Shown here in pieces: positions 26,501 through 37,017 of a DNA stretch of 64,000 nucleotides. How positions within the stretch are numbered: position 1 is the stretch's first letter; each line of letters starts with the position of its first letter. The notes beneath the pieces were generated by a model. That model did no database searches, was not told where the DNA came from, and worked only from the letters and a program-made list of their open reading frames with translations. Both the position numbers and the translations under genes were made by a program. Source of the stretch: Tubulanus polymorphus (taxonomy: Eukaryota; Animalia; Nemertea). The stretch lies in NCBI RefSeq assembly GCF_964204645.1, contig NC_134027.1:1582485-1646484 (forward strand). The letters are read 5' to 3'.

Positions 26501-28084
26501 CGCTTAAAGTTTCTGAGCACAAACAAATCGGTGAATACTCTAAATAACGTTCATAAGTATGGTCTAATCTGTAATAGTGTGTCTGGTTGTTCAGGTTGCG
26601 CGAGATGATTTAGTTATTACATGTAACACTAGAGTGGCAGCACATACCAGATAGCACTAGGCTACCGTACTGGCAAAACCCGGGGAAAACCATCAATCAC
26701 AAGATTCACGAGATTTATCATAATATTGTTTTCAACTCGACAAAGACCATTAGAATAATCATTGATTCTAAAGAGAGACAATGGGCAATGCTTGCAACGT
26801 TTGCAGAATTCCGTGTTGCAGCTGCACTGAGGTTTGTAAATGCCACAGCGCTAGTAAACATATCTACAAAGTCGGAATACCGTTCAAAGATGTGGTCCGA
26901 CCAGTACATCGACTAGGAGTTATAAAACGGCGTCAAAATACTCGCGATTGTCTGTGCGGAATTCATAAAGCGATTCTCGCCGAATACGAAGACGTAAACG
27001 GGAATCAGAAATACGTCTTATTGCATAAAATCATCGATCGCAAATCGGACAACGCGATGACCGAAGTGAGAGAGGTCGGATCCATCAATTCCGACCTGAA
27101 CAATTACGACTTTGAAGAATCGATGAAATCGGTGAAAGAACAAGTAACGATAGACGAGTTACTGGAGGAATCGGGTAAAGGGTATCAGATGATCGGAGAT
27201 AACTGTCTACACGCGGTGAAAAGGATGTGGAATCGAGCCATGAAACCGAACGAACACAAATACATGAAAATCCTGTAAATATGAAATGAAATTACTCAAT
27301 CATTTGTAAATTATTATTTCATGTAAAGTGCATTTAATGTTGAATTATAATCAATATGTTTTTGTATCAATTCAATTTATACATGGATTTAACCAGTAGT
27401 TTATCGATTCGAGCACATTTCAATTTTTCAATGAGAATGTTAATTTCAAAGGTTTAACTTTTATAAGTTTCATCAATATTCTAATGAACAACACTGTATA
27501 TTCTGTACACTTTAGACACACATACTTTAAAACTAGGCTACAGAATGATTTACAAAAGATCAAAATTAGTGATGAAAAGATTTCTTTGAAAAATGAGATT
27601 ATTATTTGTAATTATTGCTTTGCAACTATTTTGTTAGTATTTTAGATTATTAAAAACAGTTTTATTTTATTGTAGATATAATGTTTATCTGTGTTGTTAT
27701 TTTTGTCATATTCAAATGTTACAAGAACTTGTGCAATAACTTTGGCTGGGGAAAACTAGTTACTCGTTATAGCTATAGGTCAACACTCATATAATCTACT
27801 AGTGTTAGATTGAAGAATAACCCACAACTAGAGAAAAACTGTGACATTTCAACTCAATTCTATAAGCCATTTCTAGAAAAGTTTCTCCAATTTAAGATGT
27901 AGACAGTCACTCATTAACAAGTTAATTCAAATCTGCAACTGACCTGATTCATTCCAGCATTAGCGAATAGTAATGTAGGATCATCGAGGGGAACTGTAGC
28001 CGAAGAATGAACATAAATATGTTGTTTCTCCTTGAAAAATTCATAATACGCTTCACGAACATCAGCTCCACTCATCGATTCCAT
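14569..28084 (-). CDS. AARS1: Alanine--tRNA ligase, cytoplasmic (~966 aa, 21 coding exons)
   Basis: Exons 27944-28084, 24281-24469, 23803-23948, 20548-20739, 20070-20214, 19843-19988, 19090-19198, 18819-18857, 18388-18499, 18176-18300, 17873-18017, 17615-17784, 17197-17310, 16988-17125, 16774-16914, 16399-16511, 16064-16172, 15857-15982, 15413-15532, 15114-15314, 14569-14748 sum to 2901 nt in frame. Motifs [53 protein letters not shown], editing HTGTH and EFCGGTH, C-terminal GGKGGGK. A non-coding first exon probably ends at 29951. Confidence 0.97.
18630..18793. mobile_element. MITE with ~25-bp TIRs, PIF/Harbinger-like
   Basis: GGGATCATTCATTTATTACGTA...TACGTAATAAATGAATGACCCC flanked by AAT on both sides (3-bp TSD). 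Confidence 0.8.
19289..19781. repeat. Tandem repeat, 96-106-bp unit x5 (AARS1 intron)
   Basis: CCTCATTGAGGG recurs at 19307, 19403, 19499, 19595, 19701. Confidence 0.9.
20869..21033 (-). ncRNA. U1: U1 spliceosomal snRNA, copy 1 (165 nt)
   Basis: Reverse strand ATACTTACCTGGCACAGGGG..., U1A loop ATTGCAC, Sm site AATTTCTGG, stem-loop IV GGGGGACTGCGTTCGCGCTCTCCCC; AAAAGTAGA 3'-box-like motif downstream. Confidence 0.97.
21034..21390 (-). promoter_or_regulatory. U1 upstream promoter region (duplicated at 23191-23550)
   Basis: Near-identical to the flank of the second U1; PSE-like TTCACTTAGATATTGAGA at about -60 to -45. Confidence 0.65.
21589..21930. repeat. 84-bp tandem repeat x~4 between the two U1 genes
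   Basis: AAGTTTTAGACTCATCA at 21589, 21673, 21757, 21841. Confidence 0.9.
23026..23190 (-). ncRNA. U1: U1 spliceosomal snRNA, copy 2 (165 nt)
   Basis: Identical by eye to copy 1, with all the same U1 motifs. Confidence 0.97.
23191..23550 (-). promoter_or_regulatory. U1 upstream promoter region, copy 2
   Basis: Near-identical to 21034-21390. Confidence 0.65.
23664..23704 (+). ncRNA. Minimal type I hammerhead ribozyme motif
   Basis: CAC-CTGATGA-A-GCTTCTA(TACAT)TAGTAGC-GAAA-GC-TT-GTG: intact core, stem II with one mismatch, palindromic AAGCTT, CAC/GTG stem I, AATAAA downstream. Confidence 0.7.
25628..26179 (+). CDS. Nested gene A with single-exon CDS: putative permuted papain-like (NlpC/P60; LRAT/PLAAT/PPPDE-like) enzyme, 183 aa
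   Basis: Clean CpG-rich ORF, paralogous to 26781-27278; [22 protein letters not shown]; N-terminus MGNNHCSCS; AATAAA at ~26200. Confidence 0.8.
   Translation: MGNNHCSCSNNGRRGSNVTEISKHRNNDELNYQVKGFTASDMMKPVRRVSIVRHVTCGYGCAADCMAHRAILAELHTDKDGATVENALIHKVVDYDRDETFTEIRNVTLDGGFSGGLKNYELEKSMTDAVSDVTINNLIIASGPNYQLIWNNCIHATKRMWKEATENGFDVNDWVIICSTDTR
26781..27278 (+). CDS. Nested gene B with single-exon CDS: paralog of A, 165 aa
   Basis: [27 protein letters not shown]; Cys-rich N-terminus [15 protein letters not shown]. Confidence 0.8.
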   Translation: MGNACNVCRIPCCSCTEVCKCHSASKHIYKVGIPFKDVVRPVHRLGVIKRRQNTRDCLCGIHKAILAEYEDVNGNQKYVLLHKIIDRKSDNAMTEVREVGSINSDLNNYDFEESMKSVKEQVTIDELLEESGKGYQMIGDNCLHAVKRMWNRAMKPNEHKYMKIL

Positions 28085-28164
28085 TTTCTGAAAAAAAAAA
28101 ATAAATGATCAGACATTTTTCATGTTGCTTCAGCTTCTTGACAAACGGACCAACCGAGGTTTAT

Positions 28165-28805
28165 GAGCTTCCCTGAACAGTCACTGAGACGAGGCTGGTT
28201 TGTGCCCTGTGCCCAGTCACTGAGACAACCTAATTGAAGCTGGTTTGTGCCCTGTGCCCAGTCACTGAGGCAAACTAATTGAAGCTGGTCTGTGCCCTGT
28301 GCCCAGTCACTGAGACAAACTAATTGAGCTGGCTTCCCTGACTAGTCACTGAGACAAGCTAATTGAGGTGGCTGGTGTCCTGTGCCCAGCCACTGAGACA
28401 AGCTAATTGAAGCTGGTTTGTGCACTGTGCCCAGTCACTGAGACATACTAATTGAGGTGGCTTGTGTCCTGTGCCCAGCCACTGAGACAAACTAATTGAA
28501 GCTGGTTTGTGTCCTGTGCCCAGTCACTGAGACAAACTAATTGAGCTGGCTTCCCTGACTAGTCACTGAGACAAGCTAATTGAGGTGACTGGTGTCCTGT
28601 GCCCAGCCACTGAGACATACTAATTGAGGTGGCTTGTGTCCTGTGCCCAGCCACTGAGACATACTAATTGAAGCTGGTTTGTGCCCTGTGCCCAGTCACT
28701 GAGACAAACTAATTGAAGCTGATTTGTGCCCTGTGCCCAGCCACTGAGACAACCTAATTGAAGCTGGTTTGTGCCCTGTGCCCAGTCACCGAGACAAATT
28801 GAGCT
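28165..28805. repeat. Minisatellite, 39-45-bp unit x~14 in AARS1 intron 1
   Basis: CAGTCACTGAGACAAACTAATTGAAGCTGGTTTGTGCCCTGTGCC and two variant units. Confidence 0.92.
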
Positions 28806-29013
28806 TGTCCAATGTCAAAGTGAAACTAGAGTAGGGGCTCATCTATTGAGTTGCCAGTCTCTCTTCGACCTCAGCAGTGCTAGGCAGTGGTGGCTTGGTG
28901 GTAATTAGAAGTGACCTGTATATAGTGTCTGTCTGTGTTTCAGTGTCTGGGTCGTCAGCAGCCAGCACAGCAGCAACAGTCGACACAGTCACAGAGCCAG
29001 CCAGGACAGGTGT

Positions 29014-29146
29014 TGACGTCATGTATTTGCATTTATTCAGTGACAGTGTTAACTGTTAACTCAATATTCTTACACGTTTATTAATGATTACTCGATTATT
29101 CACAGCGTAATTTCTCGACTGTCAGTTCCAGTCAAACTGATGCAAT
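29014..29146. promoter_or_regulatory. Candidate amino-acid-response enhancer: CRE plus C/EBP-ATF (CARE) element
   Basis: TGACGTCA at 29014-29021 and TGATGCAAT at 29138-29146 in AARS1 intron 1. Confidence 0.45.
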
Positions 29147-29950
29147 AAGCGCCCCGTGTCCACACAGATAAGCCGGATTTTTATACCAAAGCGCCGTCTA
29201 CATTGAATCAATAAAGTTTAAATTGAAATTGACTCAGTGCAGTGTACATGGATTCAGCTAAAATGATTAATTATTTACAGAATTTCCAATTATAACAATC
29301 TAAATAATCTACGAGACCTCCATTGAAAGCTAGACTGAGGTTTATTTATGATTACATATTTTCACCACAAAAGCCAAATCCGCGTTTTACATTGAACTGT
29401 GTATCCGACGGTGCTGCCACCAGTGTCTAAACCTAACACTAACCCGGAAATTATCTAGTTTATTTTTTCATAATTAATTAATGGAAACTATTTAGATCAA
29501 TCGACTTTTGACTCACTTGGGTAATGACAAAGTTTCAAAGAAAGATGTAGGCTTATAATAGGCCCGCAGCTACTGCCCTTCTGATTTTCTGGGGAGGCCA
29601 GGATCGCCAGACCCCCCCCCCCCCAGCCCAGGCAGCAGGCCAGTACGTCATTGTATTGTCAGTCATTGACAATGACAAACTGCCGCGCTTGTTGGTTGAT
29701 GGTCATTGATACTGCCTACTGTACTGGCCCTCTAAAGCTGATGCGAGCGGCAGTGTCAGACCTGATGTTGTACATGTGGTGTACCCTTAGTTAGTTACCT
29801 AATCGTTGGTGGTAAGCTTTTATAATCGGATGGGCTTATACCAACGTTAGGGATGACAAGGGCCAAAACACGGTTGAAAAAAGTAACACTTCAAAAATAT
29901 ACTTTCTATCCACTTCAGTCCACAATTAATGGCTTATTTCACAAACTTAC

Positions 29951-30415
29951 ACAGGTACCTTTCGAAATAATCCAATTTTATGCATGTTTCGAGTGATTAA
30001 TCAACATTATTTTGAGAAATTAATTAATTTCTCCACAAATTTCGCCATTGGCCGCCATTTCTCTGTATTGCACATGTGGCATGATAAGACAAGGGGACCT
30101 ACAAGGATTTATATAAAACTTCCAAGACGAAACGACAATTTTTATTTTTGATGGTTTTCCAACCTATATTTCAAATCTTCGTGTTTTCCTTAATTAATAT
30201 TTAAATAATAAATTCTGGTAAAAGAAAAATGTGAATAAGTGTTGATTTCTTAATATTTTTCAATTTCGTCGTTTCGCTTTGTTAGTTTGTGCTGTTGTCC
30301 TGGCCTCAGTCCACAGGTGCCAGCACCTCCAGTAATTTTCAAAATGGCAGCTGTTGACTCTACGGAAATTTACTCTCACTTTACGGCCGATTTGCACATG
30401 GATTAAGATCGTCAG
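29951..30415. promoter_or_regulatory. Bidirectional promoter and non-coding first exons of AARS1 (-) and FARS2 (+)
   Basis: Donor GT|GTAAGT on - at 29950, donor CAG|GTGAGG on + at 30416; outward-facing YY1-like AAATGGCGG (~30052-30060, -) and AAAATGGCAG (30341, +). Confidence 0.6.
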
Positions 30416-30730
30416 GTGAGGTGTTATAGGTATCAGACAAACTACGAATCTGTTGTGCGTCGATTACAACAAAAATTAGACGGATATCTTAAGAGACAAT
30501 GAAATGCCAGGCAAATTACTCGTCAGTCAAATTGGCTGACGAAGATTTCATACAAAAATGACCTTCCCATTCCTGACTGTGGTTTGTGAAAATATCCGAT
30601 TGTGAAACTAAACCACAGACAGGTTACTGACTAGTGTACCCTATAATTCAAAACCGCTAATTAATCGTCAATAATCGTGTTACTTAATTTTAGATCCAGC
30701 AGCATCTGAGGAACTGAGCAGTCGTCAATC

Positions 30731-33444
30731 ATGATTCTTCTAAGGAATATCTGTGGCGCCTCATTGTCGCTGATCGGCCCTCCTAAACAATCATTAAATC
30801 TGGTGTTGTTATTATTGACTCGAAGAATGAAATCGTCAGGTGTCAGTTTGAAAGGTGAACCAAGCGTCGTTATAAACAATGATACATATCGAACGAGCGA
30901 AAATACGAACGTCACCCCGAAAATTATCTCGAAAATCGGCAAGAATTTACACAATCGAAAACATCATCCATTAAACCTGATCCGGCATCGAATACAGGAT
31001 TATTTCTATAAAACGTTTCAAGGTCCGGGACAAAGTCCGTTATTCGCCGTGTTAGATAATCTAAGTCCGGTCGTAACGACCGTTCAGAATTTCGATAGTT
31101 TACTGGTGCCGGTCGACCACGTCAGTCGATCAGTCCGAGATACGTATTATATCAATAACGAGTATTTACTACGAGCTCATACGTCTGCTCATCAGGTCGA
31201 CGTTATGAAAATGGGATTCGATGCGTTTCTCGTAGTCGGTGACGTTTATCGTCGTGATGAAATCGATGCTAGTCATTACCCGGTATTTCATCAGATGGAA
31301 GGAGTTCGACTTTTCAATGAGCATCAGGTATTATTACTATTATACAAACCCGTCCCTGAACACTGTATCAATCTGCAGCCCTTATAAAAATGCCTGGAAT
31401 TTGTAGTTTAATTTCATTTTTAAAATGTCTAATTCTGAATAAATGTGGACGATAAGTTCTTGAAGGGAAATGTCTAATGTCTTGTTTGTAGTTGATTTTC
31501 AATTAAAAATGTCTCAGGTGAAGTTCTTAACACCTGTGAAGTGTAGACAATCACAAATGGTGTGAATGGTGTATGAAATATTAATTGTCTGAGGGTGTGC
31601 AGAGTCCAGTCTGATAGGATGCAGGGTCCAGGCTGTCTGTTGTTTGATACCGTTTTATACGTTTGATATGTTTTACTGTTGTAAACCATTCTGTAGCTGA
31701 CATTGTTTCGATATTTTTGTAGTTATTTCAAGAAACGCCGGGAATGAAGTTATTCGAGGATGGAAAACGAGTTTCCGATAAACAACAGTTTCATACGGCA
31801 GACGCAGCTAGAATTGTAGAATGTGATCTTAAACAAACGTTGTTAGGACTCGCGCAACATCTCTTCGGCAAAGGTAAAATCCAGTGACTCCTCCATTGTT
31901 TCCACAGTTACCCAGGTGCATGAATTCAAGATTCCCAAGTATTTCACAGGTGATTTCTTAATTTTCCCAAATAGAAATGGAGTCTGTGAATATATACCAT
32001 GAACAAAGTTTTCCCTGATTTCCTGGTACCGTGGGAATCATACTCATCTAAGGCCTTTTTATGAACACTCGATTAGTATATTCGAGTATGCAAAACGTTT
32101 TTATGAGCATGGATTATGTCATAATCCATCATTTTTATGAACATTGGTTATCATAATCGATTAGCATACTCAGCATACTCGCTCGGCGAGCAAGTATGCC
32201 GATTATCTAATCCAACCGATATGGTGTTCTCGGTAGAAGTCGCTGCTGAGTAGGCCATAATTGAATAATTTCTACCTGGCGTTTTTATCAACCAACATAC
32301 CCGGTTATGATAATTGACACTAATCGGCTATATAATCTAAATAGCTAATGTTGAATATTGGTTGTAGATGTTGAATATTTATTATAGATGTTGAAACCCG
32401 ATGGGTCGATGAATATTTCCCATTTACTCATCCTTCATTCGAATTAGAAGTGAAATTTCAAGGCAAATGGATGGAAGTTTTAGGCTGTGGTATAATTGAA
32501 CAGGAACTTCTACATTCAGGTAATCTAAGACACCGGATTTACTTCAAAAACATAGAGTAAACTCTACTTAAATTGAATCTCTTAAGTCTAACACAAAACT
32601 TGAACTAATGCAGCAGAATGTGAATTTGATTCCATTGTCTAACTCGCGCTAAACCCAACTGATTCAAGTTGTAGACATCAACGTTTAATGTTATAACATT
32701 TTGTTTAAATTCCATTGATTATTTTCAGCGGGTGTCGGTAATAAGATCGGCTGGGCGTTTGGTCTCGGTTTAGAACGACTCGCGATGAAGCTTTTCTCTA
32801 TACCAGATATACGTCTATTCTGGAGCGAGGATTCAGGATTTTTATCTCAGTTTCAAGTTAATGATTCGTCAACTTCTATCACTTATAACGTAAATATATC
32901 AAAATGAATGGGCAGTTGTAAGGAGATTTGAGGTCATACCTCTCCTAAAGCAGTTTTGATGAATTCGGATAGAAGTATAGTTTGAGGGGCAAAACCAGGA
33001 CTTAGATCAAGAGCATTTTCAAAATTTGAAATGACGAAATAATTTTCATTATTTATCTTCAATATTGTCAGTCTTTCATAGTCTCAAGTTATTGATACTT
33101 TTCGGAAATCGATATCAAAACTGATGAGGTTGTTTTAATTTGATTATTTTCAGCCTATAAGCCTGTATCCTCAATGCACGAATGATATCTCATTCTGGAT
33201 TCCGACCGATCGGGAATTTTGTAGCAACGATTTCTACGATCTCGTACGTACAATAGGTGGCGACCTGGTCGAGCAGGTGAAGCTGTTCGATGAATTTTAT
33301 CACGCGAAGAATCAACGAACAAGTCACGCTTACCGCATCGTATATCGACACATGGAGAAAACGCTGACACAAGATGAAGTGAATTATATTCATTCACAGA
33401 TTGAAGAAGCCGCGGTGAATGAATTGAATGTAGTTATCCGTTAA
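30731..33444 (+). CDS. FARS2: Phenylalanine--tRNA ligase, mitochondrial (~443 aa, 5 coding exons)
   Basis: Exons 30731-31327, 31723-31873, 32388-32519, 32729-32889, 33154-33444 (1332 nt, in frame). Motifs [72 protein letters not shown]-terminal anticodon-binding domain; basic N-terminus lacking acidic residues, as in a transit peptide. Confidence 0.96.
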
Positions 33445-36400
33445 ACTGTGTCGAAACATTTGTTGAAAATAGAAATGAATTACTATTACTTTTATAATTA
33501 GAAAGAAATGTTATTTCCTCTGTATTTTGTCGCCTTTGTCGATGGGGATGACTTCCCCCTTCATGGTTTCTAGCAAGTCTACTAAGTGCAACTTAGGAAA
33601 AACCTTGAAAAATATCCGTCAGAGCAATGTTCTGGTTATTTCCTCTGTATTTTGTCATCCTCGTCGTCATGGTTTGTAGCGAATCTACTAAGTGTAACTT
33701 AGTGCTACTTCGGAAAAATATCTGTCACAGCAATGTAGTACTGGATAATCAGTGTTGATCAATAATCATAAGCCGAGGACGTTCATCACTTGGATGGTGA
33801 TTCCCCGGATAAATCTGCTACTGGTGAATGGAGTGAATCTGCTGATTAAGTCAATTGAGAATCTTCGAAATGTCCACAAATTTCTATAGCTATAACGAGG
33901 ATATTAATAATAAAGTCAATATTTTATTTTAATCAAAAAGAAGTTACACAGAATCCAAGACATATTGTGAGTTTATAATCGGGGGGGAATAAGCGAAATA
34001 TGTACAGCACACTGAGAGCTGTGACATCATCGAAACGAGTGACCAATCACAGACAAGCATTACTAGACAACACTGCGTATTGTACATATACTATCAAAAA
34101 CAATGATCAGAACAGAGTATAATAATAAGTTATGCACAAATATTTCGATTTAAGCACCGAAATGGGACCAATCTATCTGAGCTGTCGTTCGATTGTTCAA
34201 TTCCCCGGAATAACGGGTGCATTTATTCAGAACGAACTGATTATAAGTTTAGAGGATAAATGTCGGTTTACTCAAGCAAGTGAAACTGTTTAGGTATACA
34301 CGTAAACAAATGTGCCAGTTTGAGCAAATGGGTTCACATTATTCACTTTAAACCTGATCGGTTTACTCCAAACAAATGCACCTAAGATATTGATATAATA
34401 GTTTTTTTTTACATTGTTTCTAAATAAATCTCAACGAACTGCTAAAAGTCAATTGAGAAGGAAAGAAATTGAAACAATTAGAATTAGTATTCCATTAATG
34501 ACTAGAAATCAAAGACGGAATCAAAAAACAGTAGAAAAAGTCGCAAAGAACGAATGAACTAAGATTAGGAATAAACTATAATAAATACATGTTTCAGTGT
34601 ATAAAATAAAGTAAGACGGAATTAAGATGAGTTGATTGCGACTGCCGGTGCATGGACGTAGACATTATAGAAAACAACATCGGAAAACACGATGAAGACG
34701 TGCTGCTTTAAACAGAGGATGTAATTTTGTACGGCAGTGGAAATAATAATAATGTCTAGAAAATAATTACATAAAATGAAAGATAAGAATAAGGAGGAAC
34801 GTTTGTATAGTGGATTCAGTGGACACAACCTTCTTTTCTATCACCGAAATTATCTAGAAAATATATTCACACCGTTCTTTAACAACTACAAATAGATATG
34901 CGTTCTTTGGAATGTTCAATGCTACCCTTATATCAGGAAAATAAACCAATTCATTCTTCACGTCAGAAGTTTACGTCAGACAACGCGCTTAATTCAAGAT
35001 AGTGTACGGAATATGGGGCAATAATTTTCGTACTGGCCTCGTTGAAATTTTAGATATTTATTGCTTTTCAGAGTTAAAGACATCTCGTTAGATACATAAC
35101 ATTGAAAGCTCGTGATTTAGTACGAAAATAGCAGGGGTATAATCTTAATCAAGCTGTCTGACGAAATCTTTCCGTGCGAATCGAAACTGACAGAGGCTGC
35201 ATCCACTGAGTTATCAGACCATAACATACAATATTATAATAATAATTCAGGCCATATTACCGCAAATATAAAATGATTCGTAATGATAAAGTTTCTAATA
35301 ATAATAAGTAATAATAGTATTTACAAGTATAAATATATTTATGAAGCTCGCATATACACACATACATACATTGAACATTCAAAACTGAATCAAATGACAA
35401 GAAGTATATTCATAAATATGTAATAAAGAATTCTTTCGAACAAACTAATAACACTTTTACTATCACTACAGCGTGCTAAAGCAGAAATCATTTCACAGCT
35501 AGGAAAGATTAAGGGACCATTAGTTGATTGAAAGATTAAGCCTAGCACCACCACTATCAGTGAGGGGTTTCCACGCTCATTGAGGTGTTCCACTCTCAGT
35601 GAGGTGTTCCCACAATCAGTGAGGGTTTCCCAGGTCTATGGGCACAATAGGTAGACATTCCATTGAATGGTGTTCACTCAGATAATTCATATGCAGTTTT
35701 TGTGCGCGTTTCAACAGAATATTCAAGAGATATTCAATAATCAAGACATTACAGAAAGTCACATTTTTACTCTGAAACAAGTGGAAATATCTTGAGAGGC
35801 CGAAGTGAATTGATGCTGAAAACTAAAACAACCATCAGAGTACAGACAAAATGCGCGACTAAAATAGAAAATCTGAGCAATGAAGCAGGTGATGATAGCG
35901 ATATATGATAGTGGCATCTACAAATGTGTAAAAGATAGAAAACTGTTCTGCTGATGTGAATATCAATTATTACGACGCACAAAACACTTCTATAGATTTA
36001 ATCAATAATAATTTCTAAATCCAACAGATTGAACTGATTTCAGTCAGTCGTCAGTAAGTGGTAGAATATTACAGTTCAAAGTGGGAAAAAATGTCTAACA
36101 TTTTACAGCAAGAGGAGATCTTCTCAATAAGTTATTTATAAATACATCTTACCCTAACATTCAATTGCCTCACATTTTAATCATATTATATATATGTATA
36201 TATATTTATCATATTCATTGTGTTTTGATTCATAATCAATTTTTTACTATTATCTGAAAATGTTAACATACATTGAATCTATACAACAAACCTTTTTATA
36301 AAAAATATGACAATTTTCATAGCTTTTTAGACGAATGCTAGTCAATACTAATTCATCTTCAGTTCGAGCGTTTTCTTTATAAGTGTTTCGTAAACCTTTA

Positions 36401-37017
36401 AAACTGGTATTTAATGAATCTTGGCGACGCCTTTCTAGAATTTTCCATCGACCATTCATATCATTATTAGTTTATCTGTTAGGTTTAAATGCACCAATCA
36501 GCACAAGGCAATTGTTGTCTACCATAAAGCAGTTGTTCCTATAATCCCGACAATGATGTTGCATAACTTATGTTCCATTCATCTTGTTCCCTTCTTTTCC
36601 CCGCGAAGCAGATCATGAAATTTCGGGGAAGGAAGACCCGAAAGTGGAGGCAATTTTAACACAATAGAAGCGTTTCTATGACGATTACGGGAAACACTAT
36701 TATCAATCTGATTGTCGGTAAAAATATCGGTATATAAATTCGAAATTAAAAAACGTGACTCGTACGGAACGAGTACGGATCTGTTAGGTTCCTCTAATCG
36801 ATGGTTTAGCGCTTGCTCCACGCACTCAGATTTATAAACAGCGGATGCTTGCACAGCAGGGAGGTATCAACAGATCGCGGTGAATCCATGGTTCGCATTT
36901 GATGCTTCCACTATCGACGAACTACAAACATAATGCATGGATATCATCACTCAGTTGTATAATCATTACACAGTCCAGCTGGTTTCGTTTTATTGAGTTT
37001 TAAAAATCCACTTCAGA

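Noticed and set aside
28165-28805. CRISPR-like appearance of regularly spaced repeats
   Set aside because: No unique spacers, no cas genes, and it lies in a eukaryotic intron; it is a minisatellite.
32360-32390. Duplicated acceptor TAGATGTTGAA 20 nt upstream of FARS2 coding exon 3
   Set aside because: Small tandem duplication; use of the upstream AG would be out of frame and there is no evidence for it.
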